Shown piece after piece: positions 8,521-18,048 of a DNA stretch of 64,000 bases. A program made the position numbers and the translations under genes. This stretch comes from a virus, in IMG/VR virus record IMGVR_UViG_3300009509_000009, positions 1 through 64,000 of that record, one strand, 5' to 3'. Position 1 is the first letter of the stretch, and every line of letters begins with the position of its first letter. The notes under the pieces were generated by a model. It searched no databases. It was not told the DNA's origin and saw only the letters and a program-made list of their open reading frames with translations.

Positions 8521-9542
8521 TGTTGAAACCTCCTCCTGTTGGCTACTGTCTTTGCGAGCCCTTTGAGGTTTAGATCGTCGGGTTGCCGATGAAAGCTGCC
8601 CAACGTGCACACACTTACATCAAGTGACTTTGCCAGCCACTTCCCAAGTCGTCCAGTCGCTTTTCTCCCGGCTTCATCGTTATCTAAGAACAGCACGATC
8701 TCACTGCTCAATCGGCGCAGAAGATCGGCCTGAGTCTTTGTCATGCTGGACCCCATCACCGCAACCGTGTCACGGAAGCCATGCTGAATCATCCAGATGC
8801 AGGCCTTGTAACCCTCAACGATTATGATCGGCTTCTGCTCTGCGCTCTTGGAGCGTACGAGCGCCGGATACACTCTGTGTGCGTTCCACAGATGTTCACG
8901 GCTGTCTATCTTGTAGCCTGGGAAATTCTCGTCGAAGAGCTCCCCGAAGTCTCCAGGTCTCCACTGTCCCTGGCTATCGTAGGACCCTCCGCTATAGACC
9001 TTATACCGAGGCTCGACCCCCGGCTTCGTGGCCCTACCGGAGACGCCAACGAGGTTCCCGTAGACGTCTCTGATGGGGAACGTGATACGATCCTGTTTTT
9101 GGTCGTATCCTATGTCCATCGACCGAAGAAGACTGGTGTCGAAGCCCTTCTTCACCAGGCCGAGTGGCTTGTAATCGAAGACCCCAAGCAGGGACTCCGG
9201 CAGGATGCGGTCAGCCAGGAATGGGTTGCCAGTCTTGAAGCGATATCGAGCTTCCTGAATGACCCTGGCGCGATGCTTCTCGAGGTCTTCCCTCAGGGGG
9301 TCTACCAGGGCGTCGATCTTGTCTCGCCCCATGCCAACGCCCTTTAGGAAGTCTACCAGTCCGCCACGCAGACCACACGATCCAGAGTGACACACCCACA
9401 CTCCCGTCTCCGAGTTCATAGCAAAGCTGGGAGTGTGATCGTCATGGAATGGGCAGCGAGCCATGATCCACCTTGGTCCGCTGGACTTCAACTTCCTGAG
9501 GTAGGGCGAGACAATCTCGACGATGGGTCCCTGATCAAACAT
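8487..9542 (-). CDS. dnaG: DnaG-type primase
   Basis: CHC2 zinc finger CPFHDDHTPSF...CHSGSC; TOPRIM IIVEGY, FLDNDEAG, PDD. Confidence 0.92.
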   Translation of the reverse strand: MFDQGPIVEIVSPYLRKLKSSGPRWIMARCPFHDDHTPSFAMNSETGVWVCHSGSCGLRGGLVDFLKGVGMGRDKIDALVDPLREDLEKHRARVIQEARYRFKTGNPFLADRILPESLLGVFDYKPLGLVKKGFDTSLLRSMDIGYDQKQDRITFPIRDVYGNLVGVSGRATKPGVEPRYKVYSGGSYDSQGQWRPGDFGELFDENFPGYKIDSREHLWNAHRVYPALVRSKSAEQKPIIIVEGYKACIWMIQHGFRDTVAVMGSSMTKTQADLLRRLSSEIVLFLDNDEAGRKATGRLGKWLAKSLDVSVCTLGSFHRQPDDLNLKGLAKTVANRRRFQQWVWMSSTKTR

Positions 9543-10962
9543 CTATGTCGAGCTCCTCGTCCAGCTCAGTGAGGAGCCTGTCGCTTATGCCAGCTGATTC
9601 TCTCGCCGGCTTCTTCTTGCTCTTCTTCTTGGTGGGCTGCTGAGTTTCTCCGAGAGCGGTTTGATCTCCGACGTTTCCTTCAGAGCCGCTGTCGTCGAAC
9701 TGCTGAATCCACCCATCCCATTCCCACATGATGCTGGGGATCACTCTTAGCCTGAAGCCCTCAGCCTTGATCTCACGAGCACCAGCTATGTAAACTGAGA
9801 GCTTGGTGTACCCACCTGGGTCCTCCCCGTGGTTCACCATACGCAGACCTAGATCTGTTTCTTGTCCGCTGGCATCTGTGTACGAGACGTCGCCCATGTC
9901 CGTCTCATCCTTCTCTCGATTGCGCTGCGTGATTCCGATCAGTGGTATCTTGCATTGCTGTGCGGCGTGCTTGAGGTCCTGGGTGATGGCGGCTTGGTCC
10001 TGCCACTTCATGGACCTCTGTCCGTTGCGATCGTTGCGCATACGATAGTAGGAGTCGACGAATACGATGTGGGGCTTGAACTGTTCTATCTTGGCCAGCA
10101 GATGATTCACACCTCCGCCAGAAGGGTCGTCCTTATCAGACGTGATCATGAATGATCTATGATGAGTGGATTCTCTATCATGCAACTCTTCCTTCTTCAG
10201 GTTGCGCATGCGCTTGACGAAGGGTTGCAGGACTTCCTTGGGTAGCTTAGCTCTACGCAGTAGATCGTAGTCGAGGCTGCACAGGGTCGCTACGACCCTA
10301 CGTCTGACCTGCTCTGGTGGCATCTCACAGCTGTAGAAGAGCACTCTCCGGTTGCCTACCTCATAGGCATGCGTGGCCATCTTGATCGCAAGCCACGACT
10401 TCATGCTCTTCATCCTGGCATAGATGAGGATGAACTCCTCAGGCAGCATGCCTTGTGTGACCGTATTCATCTGATCCCACGGCCATGGAACGCCGAGTAG
10501 TCCTCTGGCTTTCCGAGTTCGCTTGTAGTCCGCCAGGACTTCGTTGGTTGATTCAGCAAGGATGACATCCCTGCTGTGAGCCATGAACGATTGCGACTCT
10601 ATGAGATGCGTCCGCAGGGTATTGAGCGCTTCGTACGGCCCATCACCCTGCAGGACGCGAGAGGTCTCCTCGAGGCCCTCAGCTAGGACGCGCGACATCG
10701 CTTTCTGTCGGAGCGACTCGCAGAGCTCTGGAATAGTCTCCCTGCTCTTGAGGTACTCGAAGCTGGGGAAGTGTTCTCTCATCCACCTGCTGGTGGGAAC
10801 ACGTCCGAAGTGGGCGGGGTTCTTGTAGTACTCCCCGAGCGCTTTGAACATCTGCCTTGCGTCGGCAGACTTGAACATCCGGGGTTCGATTCGCTGGCGG
10901 ATGATCTCTGCGTAGTCACCCGAGCGAATGATCTTAGCTATGAGTCGATGCTCCAGATTCAT
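9535..10962 (-). CDS. dnaB: DnaB-like replicative helicase
   Basis: Variant Walker A YARMKSMKSW, YSCEMP, Walker B VFVDS, TQRNR; adjacent to primase. Confidence 0.85.
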   Translation of the reverse strand: MNLEHRLIAKIIRSGDYAEIIRQRIEPRMFKSADARQMFKALGEYYKNPAHFGRVPTSRWMREHFPSFEYLKSRETIPELCESLRQKAMSRVLAEGLEETSRVLQGDGPYEALNTLRTHLIESQSFMAHSRDVILAESTNEVLADYKRTRKARGLLGVPWPWDQMNTVTQGMLPEEFILIYARMKSMKSWLAIKMATHAYEVGNRRVLFYSCEMPPEQVRRRVVATLCSLDYDLLRRAKLPKEVLQPFVKRMRNLKKEELHDRESTHHRSFMITSDKDDPSGGGVNHLLAKIEQFKPHIVFVDSYYRMRNDRNGQRSMKWQDQAAITQDLKHAAQQCKIPLIGITQRNREKDETDMGDVSYTDASGQETDLGLRMVNHGEDPGGYTKLSVYIAGAREIKAEGFRLRVIPSIMWEWDGWIQQFDDSGSEGNVGDQTALGETQQPTKKKSKKKPARESAGISDRLLTELDEELDIDV

Positions 10963-11276
10963 GACTCACCGCCAACATAGGGACTGACCATGATGATGTT
11001 GCCCTTGTTGACGGAGGAGACTGGACCACCTTCTTTCCACTCGACTCCGTAGCTGTACTTGTCGATCCAACGAAGTGTACCCACATGGGGTTTGTCGTTG
11101 ACGTCGATCAGCTCTATCTTCTTGTCGAGAAGGGAAGTAAGCAGCGTCGTGCTATTGTCTTTGAGCCTGAGCAGTTCTTTGAGCCCGCGTACCTCCTGGC
11201 GGAGCTCCTTGATTTGATTTTCGAGTGGGCGCATCTTGCCCACACGTCGTTCCCCACGACGACCCTCGTCACCCAT
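10959..11276 (-). CDS. Hfq/Sm-like RNA-binding protein with N-terminal coiled coil
   Basis: VNDKPHVGTLRWIDKYSYGV resembles Hfq Sm1 ([20 protein letters not shown]); VNKGNIIMVSP resembles Sm2 (VYKHAISTVVP); GGAGGT RBS. Confidence 0.65.
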   Translation of the reverse strand: MGDEGRRGERRVGKMRPLENQIKELRQEVRGLKELLRLKDNSTTLLTSLLDKKIELIDVNDKPHVGTLRWIDKYSYGVEWKEGGPVSSVNKGNIIMVSPYVGGES

Positions 11277-11297
11277 GCGTCACCTCCAGGACCTTCA

Positions 11298-11326
11298 ACC
11301 ATATCGCACTGTGAAAGATCAATCAA
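11298..11326 (-). promoter_or_regulatory. Possible sigma70-type promoter upstream of the Hfq-like gene
   Basis: TTGATT-N17-TATGGT in an AT-rich intergenic gap. Confidence 0.4.
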
Positions 11327-11373
11327 TCCCAACATATAGGGTGTGCTGAGACTGACCAGCACAAGATATGGTG

Positions 11374-12660
11374 TCAGCCGATCCTCTTGATGACGTGCTG
11401 CATGTAGCGACCAGCGAGCTGCTCGATGTCGAGCTGTTTGTCCATGTCCCTCCTCCACGCCATGGCAGTGCGCGCGATGGCCTGCATCACACCGTAGGCA
11501 GTAGGGATCGGCTCCTCGTTGTAGGCTTTGACCACGGCGAGTCTGAGAGTCTTTGGCTCCCTACGCAGGAAGTTGTTGATCTCCTCCTCGACATCCTCGA
11601 GGGTCTCGTTGTGGAGCTTCTTCGTGTTGTCGATGATGGACTTGGTTCTCTCCGGCAGCGTCTGGTACATACGCCCAACGAGCCTATCGAGCTCTGCATC
11701 GGAGATGCCCCTGTGCTGCCGGTAGAGAAGAGGCTCCTCCTTCACGCCAACGATCACACCGTTGGTGCAGACGAACCTGACGAAGTACGGGTGCGCGCTG
11801 AGGGCGTACGCTCCTACCTCGCTGTTGCGGATACGGATGCCGAAGTAGGCTGCATCTCCGACGTTGCCGCTTCCCATTCCCATGCCGGAAGAGAGCTTGC
11901 CGATCTTGCCTGCGGTGAGAAGGTCCACCGGCTCCCTGTCGACGAGCATGAAGTGGCTACCATTGTCACGGAAGCTGTAGATAGCGATGCCCTGGTCCTC
12001 GAGCTCCTTCGGATCGGCGACCTCCTTGATGCGATCGAAGACGCGGACGTCTTTGATCTCGGAGTATGTCGGGCTGACGAATCCCCTGAGCACGCCGTCG
12101 GTAGCGATATCCTCTCCGAACAGTTGCTTCTGCTTCGGGATCTTCACTCCGTCGAGCTCGGCGATGATGTTCGACTCGCCATGAGTCCTGGAGATGATGC
12201 GACGGTACAGCGGCTTGGGCTGGGCCTTCAAGTGGTAGCTGATGGCCTTGTTGATCTGCTCTGGGTGCATGCCGCCGAAGAACTTGCCCATCTTCACGCC
12301 CATCAGACTTCCGAGCTGTCGGATGGCGTGGTTCGAGGCTCGCAGGTTTCCCTGGCCTCTGACGTTGATGATGAACTGCCCGTTCTCAACAGCCATCACC
12401 TGCATGCCTCGGTTGAGATTGATCGTGTCCCATCCCGGATCGTCATCTCCAGGAAGGATACCTCGGCCTCTGGCAGAGACCTTCTCGATGCCTCCGTTCT
12501 CGATGGTCTTTCGGAGAGCCTCCCTCTCGTGGAGAGACTCGTGAAGATCGTCAAAGTTGTGGAGGCTCATCTGTGGAACGTTCCACTGGAGGTTCGACAA
12601 TGCCCTGCTTTCTGGGCTTTCCCGTTCCTCCGTGGACTGCGCTTGCTCTTGCTCTGTCAT
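11374..12660 (-). CDS. DUF932-family phage/plasmid protein
   Basis: IRNSEVGAYAL...RFVCTNG motif; start uncertain (12660 has a GAGGTG RBS; 12570 is an alternative). Confidence 0.75.
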   Translation of the reverse strand: MTEQEQAQSTEERESPESRALSNLQWNVPQMSLHNFDDLHESLHEREALRKTIENGGIEKVSARGRGILPGDDDPGWDTINLNRGMQVMAVENGQFIINVRGQGNLRASNHAIRQLGSLMGVKMGKFFGGMHPEQINKAISYHLKAQPKPLYRRIISRTHGESNIIAELDGVKIPKQKQLFGEDIATDGVLRGFVSPTYSEIKDVRVFDRIKEVADPKELEDQGIAIYSFRDNGSHFMLVDREPVDLLTAGKIGKLSSGMGMGSGNVGDAAYFGIRIRNSEVGAYALSAHPYFVRFVCTNGVIVGVKEEPLLYRQHRGISDAELDRLVGRMYQTLPERTKSIIDNTKKLHNETLEDVEEEINNFLRREPKTLRLAVVKAYNEEPIPTAYGVMQAIARTAMAWRRDMDKQLDIEQLAGRYMQHVIKRIG

Positions 12661-12907
12661 CACCCACCTCAAAGTAGACCTGCAGGAGATGCTCCTCAAT
12701 CGCTGATCGTAATTGACCAGCGGCTTCGGTGACCTCCTCAGGCCACGGTCCCCTATAGCTACTCTTCCCCAGGGAACCGGGTTGTTTGTCGTTCATCAGG
12801 GCCGATGTTGCCTCTATGGCAAGTTCGCCGGACGACCCTTCCAGCGTCATGTTGATCTTTACGGCTGCGACCGCATTGATGCGGCTGGGGGCTTCTGTCT
12901 TCTTCAT
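12551..12907 (-). CDS. Hypothetical protein
   Basis: ATGA overlap with the upstream gene; 3' end overlaps the DUF932 gene. Confidence 0.55.
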   Translation of the reverse strand: MKKTEAPSRINAVAAVKINMTLEGSSGELAIEATSALMNDKQPGSLGKSSYRGPWPEEVTEAAGQLRSAIEEHLLQVYFEVGDDRARASAVHGGTGKPRKQGIVEPPVERSTDEPPQL

Positions 12908-13272
12908 GACTTCCTCGTCCTGGGCGCCGCCTTCATGAGCTTCTTCATCAGCTTACCCGACTCCTTGAAGTCCTCCAGGAGAAACTCATCCCTGAACTGG
13001 CGGCAGACTTTGTTGGCGAGCCTGATCCTCTTCTGGGTCTGCTCGCATCGAACGCTCACGGTGGCTGTGTCCTGGATGCTGATCTTGTACTCGCCGAACT
13101 CGAGCGATGAGCCTTGTTGGATACTTCGAGAGCGCCCAACCGTAGCTCCGCCTTCGTCGCCGAGCTTGTCGACGTAGACGGTGTAGTCCTTCTCCGTTCG
13201 TTTGGATTTTGGTTCTTTGCTCTTCTGCTCCACCGTAACCTCCTTGACGCGGCGAACTCTGACCTCAGCCAT
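12904..13272 (-). CDS. Hypothetical basic protein
   Basis: Translationally coupled on both sides. Confidence 0.7.
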   Translation of the reverse strand: MAEVRVRRVKEVTVEQKSKEPKSKRTEKDYTVYVDKLGDEGGATVGRSRSIQQGSSLEFGEYKISIQDTATVSVRCEQTQKRIRLANKVCRQFRDEFLLEDFKESGKLMKKLMKAAPRTRKS

Positions 13273-13703
13273 CAGTCCACCACGATCTCATTGGGCGCGT
13301 GCAACACACGGTTGGTCTCCTTGATCTCGAGCACAGCTCTCTGTGCGGTTCCGGCGTCGATCTCTCCAGCCTGAACCAGATGATCGAAGCCCTTGCTGTC
13401 CACCTTGAACTCGAGGGATACCACCGCCTGGCGGAGGTCCTTCCGATTCTTGAACCGCTTGTAGAGGTATTCACCGTCGAAGACCCGCTTCCGGCTGATG
13501 CTGACCTCCATCATGCCGACCTCGATACCAGTTTCACGTACGGCCCTCTTGACCTGATCGAGTGCGACGTTTCGTTCGTTGACGAACTGCACGAATTTCT
13601 CGAACACCTCCTCATGTTCGTTGCGGAACATGTCCAGCTTCTGCTGGGCCTTGTCGTACACCCCGTAGAGACGCTTGACTCTCTTCGCAGAGGGATCGCT
13701 CAT
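13272..13703 (-). CDS. Hypothetical protein (N-terminal coiled coil)
   Basis: Start moved to MSDPSAK, ATGA overlap with the UDG stop. Confidence 0.7.
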   Translation of the reverse strand: MSDPSAKRVKRLYGVYDKAQQKLDMFRNEHEEVFEKFVQFVNERNVALDQVKRAVRETGIEVGMMEVSISRKRVFDGEYLYKRFKNRKDLRQAVVSLEFKVDSKGFDHLVQAGEIDAGTAQRAVLEIKETNRVLHAPNEIVVD

Positions 13704-14407
13704 TTCTTCTTCCTTCCGTAGCACTTCTCCGCCAGCCGCAACACACGTATGGCGAACTTGAAGTCTTCCTTGAACCACCATTTCCTCGAGTACACCGTCT
13801 CGGTTTCGTCCCTGAGAACGTAGGCCGGGTGCTGCATAGCGATCATCGGATACTCGATCATCTTGTAGATTCCTGGGACGCGAATGGTGAACACGTCTCC
13901 ACGGACCTTCACGATGGACAGTTGGTTATCCATCGTGAGCCCCTTCAGGGCAGTCCCACCCAGAGCTACGATCAGCCATGGGTCTACCAGTCGTATGGTC
14001 TCCCAGATGAAGTTTCTACAGTTGGTGACCTCCTTCGATGTTGGAGGCCTGTTGGCTGAGCGACCACCGTCAAGCTCCTTCAGCGGCTGGCACTTGACCA
14101 TGTTGTCTACCCACACCTCACTCCTATTCATTCCGGCCGCCATGATGAAGGCGTTGAGTAGATCGCCAGCGCGACCCACGAACGGAACACCGTCCATGTC
14201 CTCGTTCACTCCAGGTCCCTCACCTATGAACATGAGCTTGGCGTTTGGGTTGCCGGAGCCGAACACTAGGCGGCTCCTGCTATCCACCAAATTCTCGCAT
14301 TTCTCACAATCCTGCCAGAGCTTGGACAACGCGAGCGTCGCCAGCACTAGAGGTTCTGGGAACTGGAGAAACTTGTAGCGGAAGGTGTTGAACTCTACGC
14401 TGCTCAC
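13700..14407 (-). CDS. Family 4 uracil-DNA glycosylase (Fe-S type)
   Basis: CEKCENL, FIGEGPG, PFVGRAG, NMVKCQP, NRPPT, HPAY. Confidence 0.92.
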   Translation of the reverse strand: MSSVEFNTFRYKFLQFPEPLVLATLALSKLWQDCEKCENLVDSRSRLVFGSGNPNAKLMFIGEGPGVNEDMDGVPFVGRAGDLLNAFIMAAGMNRSEVWVDNMVKCQPLKELDGGRSANRPPTSKEVTNCRNFIWETIRLVDPWLIVALGGTALKGLTMDNQLSIVKVRGDVFTIRVPGIYKMIEYPMIAMQHPAYVLRDETETVYSRKWWFKEDFKFAIRVLRLAEKCYGRKKK

Positions 14408-14829
14408 CTCGGCAGCCTCCCTGACTGCGCGAGTTGTTGTAGCTTCTGCATCTCGCCGGGCTTGGGCGCCACGATGCCGGATGACTTCGCTCGAGCTACT
14501 TGGCGACGATCATCGTCCATGAGCTTGAGCATGGTGAAGTAGGCGTCCTTGAACGCCCTCTTCGTGTTCTCTTCCTGTTCGTGTGGCCAATAGAGCCAGT
14601 AGTCCCCGTGGATCTCTAGGCCCATGATCGAGTACATGCAGTAGTCCATAGAAGCAAGCGCTGGAGCCATACCTCCGTTGGGCAGTGGCTTGATCGTCAG
14701 TCCTACTGCGTAGTCGAGGATCAAGCCGGCATCTGTGAGCGTATCTCGCTTGAGTCCGATGACCCTCGTCTTGTGCTGCTCGACGACTACCAGCCGCTCG
14801 AAGTCCTTTTCTGGATCGATGTCTTTCAT
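14404..14829 (-). CDS. Hypothetical protein
   Basis: Coupled overlaps with both neighbours. Confidence 0.7.
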   Translation of the reverse strand: MKDIDPEKDFERLVVVEQHKTRVIGLKRDTLTDAGLILDYAVGLTIKPLPNGGMAPALASMDYCMYSIMGLEIHGDYWLYWPHEQEENTKRAFKDAYFTMLKLMDDDRRQVARAKSSGIVAPKPGEMQKLQQLAQSGRLPR

Positions 14830-16178
14830 TTCACCACCTTGTATCCCATCTCTCGGAAGAGGCGCATCATCTCCTCGCCACGCTTCCGAAGCCTCGGCAC
14901 GTTCACGTGCCAGATCATAATGACTCTGATCTTCTTCTTGCCTTCCAGCAACCTCTGGATTCTACCGACCGCCTGTTCCATCCAGATCTCAGAGGTGAAC
15001 TCCATGAGCAGGAGTAGTGAGTCCAACGACTGCTTGTTGATAGCCTCAGAGAGGATGTGGATCGTTCCAAAGGTCACCTTGTGGTTGTCCAGAACCTCTC
15101 CCCTGAGGTCTGGGTCGACGTCGGCGTCGATGACACCAGAGTCTGGCACGAGTTCGTGTAGCCGTCGAGAGTGTTCCTTCGACGTGCTGACAGCCACAAG
15201 ATCACGTCCCTTCTTCTTGGCCTCGTTCACGTACTTCAGACCTAGCTTCAGCTCTTCTGGTTGCCTGCCTACGTGAATACCCAGCTTGGCTGCGTGTACG
15301 TTGCCTGACTTGTCCAGGCAATCCTCGTGCCTCTCGTCAACCATGGTCTTCGATCTGATCACCTTCACTGTTGGGATCAAATCTTGCGTCTTATTGACGT
15401 GAACCTCTCGGCCCACGTGCCAGTAGTAGACGACTTGGTTACCGTCCGGTCTCTTCGAGGTGGCCGTGGCGCCGTACCTGTTCCCGATGAACAAGTGCGC
15501 CGTCTTTGAATAGTCAGGAGCAGCTAAGTGATGAATCTCATCCCACACCACGACACCGAATCGGTGACTCATGCCGAACGGTAGCCTGTCGTGGTGGGTG
15601 GTGAGCGTCTTGAAACTAGCGAGCACGATCGGGTGTCCTTCCCAGTCCCACTTGCTGGGGTTCCCCTGTATCCAGCCTATGCTGGGTACCTCCAGGAACC
15701 TATCGATCTCCTTCTTCCACTGCTTCAGGATGTGAACCTTGTCGTTTATGACCAGGGTCGGCTTCCCCCACTTAGCCAGGCAGTGGAGCATGATCACCGT
15801 CTTGCCCTTACCACAGCTAAGATTGAGGATGCCGCCGGTGGCGGACACGACATCATCGTAGGCTCGAGTCTGTTCGTCCCTCTCTGGCATGAGGGAATCT
15901 AGCTCGATGCTACTACGGATATCTGCCCGCTCGTATTCTGTCGGTCTAAGGTCCACCACGTCATACGGCAGCTTAGCAGGATCGATCCTGCAGCGTGGTA
16001 TTCCAAGGTGGTGTCTACTTTCTCTCCAGCACTCTATGTACTCCAGCCTGTCCCCCTTCACGTAGGGAATGCGGAGTGAGCGACGGAGCGTCTCGACGGC
16101 AATCCTTTTCTTCGGTAGCCAGAGCCATGTGTCTATGTACCCGAGCTCTGGGTCCCTGTCTGGTATGGTGTAGATCAT
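14826..16178 (-). CDS. Superfamily 2 helicase (UvsW/XPB-like)
   Basis: LSCGKGKT, DEIHH, TAT, QAVGRIQR. Confidence 0.9.
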   Translation of the reverse strand: MIYTIPDRDPELGYIDTWLWLPKKRIAVETLRRSLRIPYVKGDRLEYIECWRESRHHLGIPRCRIDPAKLPYDVVDLRPTEYERADIRSSIELDSLMPERDEQTRAYDDVVSATGGILNLSCGKGKTVIMLHCLAKWGKPTLVINDKVHILKQWKKEIDRFLEVPSIGWIQGNPSKWDWEGHPIVLASFKTLTTHHDRLPFGMSHRFGVVVWDEIHHLAAPDYSKTAHLFIGNRYGATATSKRPDGNQVVYYWHVGREVHVNKTQDLIPTVKVIRSKTMVDERHEDCLDKSGNVHAAKLGIHVGRQPEELKLGLKYVNEAKKKGRDLVAVSTSKEHSRRLHELVPDSGVIDADVDPDLRGEVLDNHKVTFGTIHILSEAINKQSLDSLLLLMEFTSEIWMEQAVGRIQRLLEGKKKIRVIMIWHVNVPRLRKRGEEMMRLFREMGYKVVK

Positions 16179-16193
16179 ACTACTCCAGTAGCA

Positions 16194-16643
16194 TCAATCG
16201 AGATCGACGTCTATCAAGTCGTCGTCATCATCGATCTTCACTTTCTTGGCCACCTTCTTCTTGGGCGGCTCTGTTTTGGGTGGCGGATCGGGGTCCTGAT
16301 CCACTGGGGCTGGCACCCCTCTTGACGAGAACGGGAATCTCCACTCCTGGAAGAACACGCATACCTCGCCGCCCATGGCGCTGATTGCGCCAGAGGCCAT
16401 GTTCTTGGCTATGCGAGCAGCTGGGTGCTCACCGTCAGCCGGTAGGATGTAGTTCTTGTTGGTGCGGTACCCATAGTCCGCCTGGTTGGCGTTGGGGCTG
16501 AACTCTCCCTTCGAGCCGACAGCTGCACCCTTCTGTCGTCTTCGCCTAAGAAAGACGTCCTTGCATGCGTACTCGTCTATGCACTCGTCGCACACAGGAT
16601 CGTCTGTCTCCCACTCCTTCCCAAAGCATGGCTTTCTTCCCAC
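16194..16643 (-). CDS. Hypothetical protein with N-terminal 4-Cys motif; first gene of the replication operon
   Basis: GTG start with GAGGT RBS; CFG...CDEC...C; acidic C-terminus. Confidence 0.7.
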   Translation of the reverse strand: MGRKPCFGKEWETDDPVCDECIDEYACKDVFLRRRRQKGAAVGSKGEFSPNANQADYGYRTNKNYILPADGEHPAARIAKNMASGAISAMGGEVCVFFQEWRFPFSSRGVPAPVDQDPDPPPKTEPPKKKVAKKVKIDDDDDLIDVDLD

Positions 16644-16675
16644 GTTACCTCCTTTGGCTAAGTGTCTAGCCTCTC

Positions 16676-16710
16676 CAGTGTTCTTATGACGAGGTGGCTG
16701 GGTGCTTTGC
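16676..16710 (-). promoter_or_regulatory. Putative phage promoter, copy A
   Basis: GCA-N17-GTCATAAGAACACTG upstream of the 16-kb leftward operon. Confidence 0.75.
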
Positions 16711-16789
16711 CAAGCGGTTTCGGGGTGGTAGACTGGAGCGAGCTATTGTAAAAATCGTCGACGACTGAGTCGATGCCTATGGAGGAACG

Positions 16790-18010
16790 ATGATCAAGGT
16801 AGCCGGGGCTGTAGTGGACCCCTATGATGACGACTTCGCTTCCTTGAAGGACATGGCTGGAGGGCGGGGGCTCCCAGAGTTCATCAAGCAGGCAGGGATC
16901 ATGGAGCCTACGGCACTCAAGAACCTGCCTGATCATGCCTTCGCCGTCGTCATTCTTGGAGACGGTGAGCCCATGAGGAAGTTCGCGTGTGTGGATAAGG
17001 CACACACCGCAGTCAACGTGATGTACTTCACAGAGTACGGCGCTGATCTCCCCGCCCCCGTCAAGGAGAAGGTAGCCACCAATCTCTGCAAAGCCTGCGA
17101 ACATTTTGGGCTTGAGGCCCCTCCTCACATCAGGAAGGAGGCGGCTGGAGCCAAGAGACTCCTCAAGCATGACGGCGCAGAGATGATCGTGCCGGCGCGT
17201 GAGGGAGAGAAGACTTCAGAGCTCACCGGCACGATGACCATGCCGAACACGAAGCCGGTGCGCGTCAAGAAGGCGTCAGTACTCGACGAGCCATACGTGC
17301 ATGTCTCGAGCTTCATTCCCAAGACAGCTTCGACGACTCCCATGGACCCGGGTGTGTACGCTCTGGACAACGGGCAGCTCCCGCTGCTTGGATTCGACCA
17401 GGTCCTCGAGGCTGTGGACTACTTCGACAAGTATGCCATGAAGATGCACCCGAGAAAGCGCCATGATTTCGCAGTGAAGGTGGCCGCTCGGGCGGAGCAG
17501 CTCGGCATTCCCGTGTCTGAAGATCTCGAGAAGTATGGGTCGCGCAAGTACGCGCAGGCCGGCTCGATCAAGGTGGCTGTCGAGACGCGAAAGCGCATGT
17601 GGCATAGCCTTGGAGACGGGGAGCGGCACGGAATCGGTGGAGAGATGCTCGACCGTCTCTTCGAGAAAAGAGCGAGCGTCAATCCCGAGGTGTTTGCCGA
17701 ATCCCTAGCTGAGCTTGACGCGCAGCTCGGCCTGTCCCACTACTGGGATAGCGGCATTCCCGATCCCTGGTACAGCACGTTCGGGATCGAGAAGAAGGCA
17801 GCGTGGTCCTGGAATCAGGGCGGCGAGTACGTCACCGAGGATGAGCTCACGCGGCTGGCACGGGAAGAGACTGATCTCTTGGAGGATAGATTCGGGAACG
17901 ACGTGGCTAAGGGGTTGGCAAACAACCCCACGACCGTGTTCGACTCGCTTCCTCTGGATAAGAAGCGTATCATCGCTCGGATGGCCCAACAGAGGGGCTC
18001 TGGTTTGTGA
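16790..18010 (+). CDS. Putative head-associated protein with two LPDxAFA/RKF-DxAH-type repeats and many KxA motifs
   Basis: GGAGG RBS; KNLPDHAFAV...RKFACVDKAH and a weaker second copy; KQAG, KEAA, KKAS, KTAS, KRAS, KKAA. Confidence 0.6.
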   Translation: MIKVAGAVVDPYDDDFASLKDMAGGRGLPEFIKQAGIMEPTALKNLPDHAFAVVILGDGEPMRKFACVDKAHTAVNVMYFTEYGADLPAPVKEKVATNLCKACEHFGLEAPPHIRKEAAGAKRLLKHDGAEMIVPAREGEKTSELTGTMTMPNTKPVRVKKASVLDEPYVHVSSFIPKTASTTPMDPGVYALDNGQLPLLGFDQVLEAVDYFDKYAMKMHPRKRHDFAVKVAARAEQLGIPVSEDLEKYGSRKYAQAGSIKVAVETRKRMWHSLGDGERHGIGGEMLDRLFEKRASVNPEVFAESLAELDAQLGLSHYWDSGIPDPWYSTFGIEKKAAWSWNQGGEYVTEDELTRLAREETDLLEDRFGNDVAKGLANNPTTVFDSLPLDKKRIIARMAQQRGSGL

Positions 18011-18048
18011 TCACCCCGGTCAGGGAGATCGGGTAGGAGGAAAGCAAA

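Noticed and set aside
11368-12732. 454-aa + strand ORF, and similar long antisense ORFs at 42654, 44912, 52301 and 55315
   Set aside because: They lie opposite well-supported genes; long stop-free antisense frames are expected with strong G/C3 codon bias.
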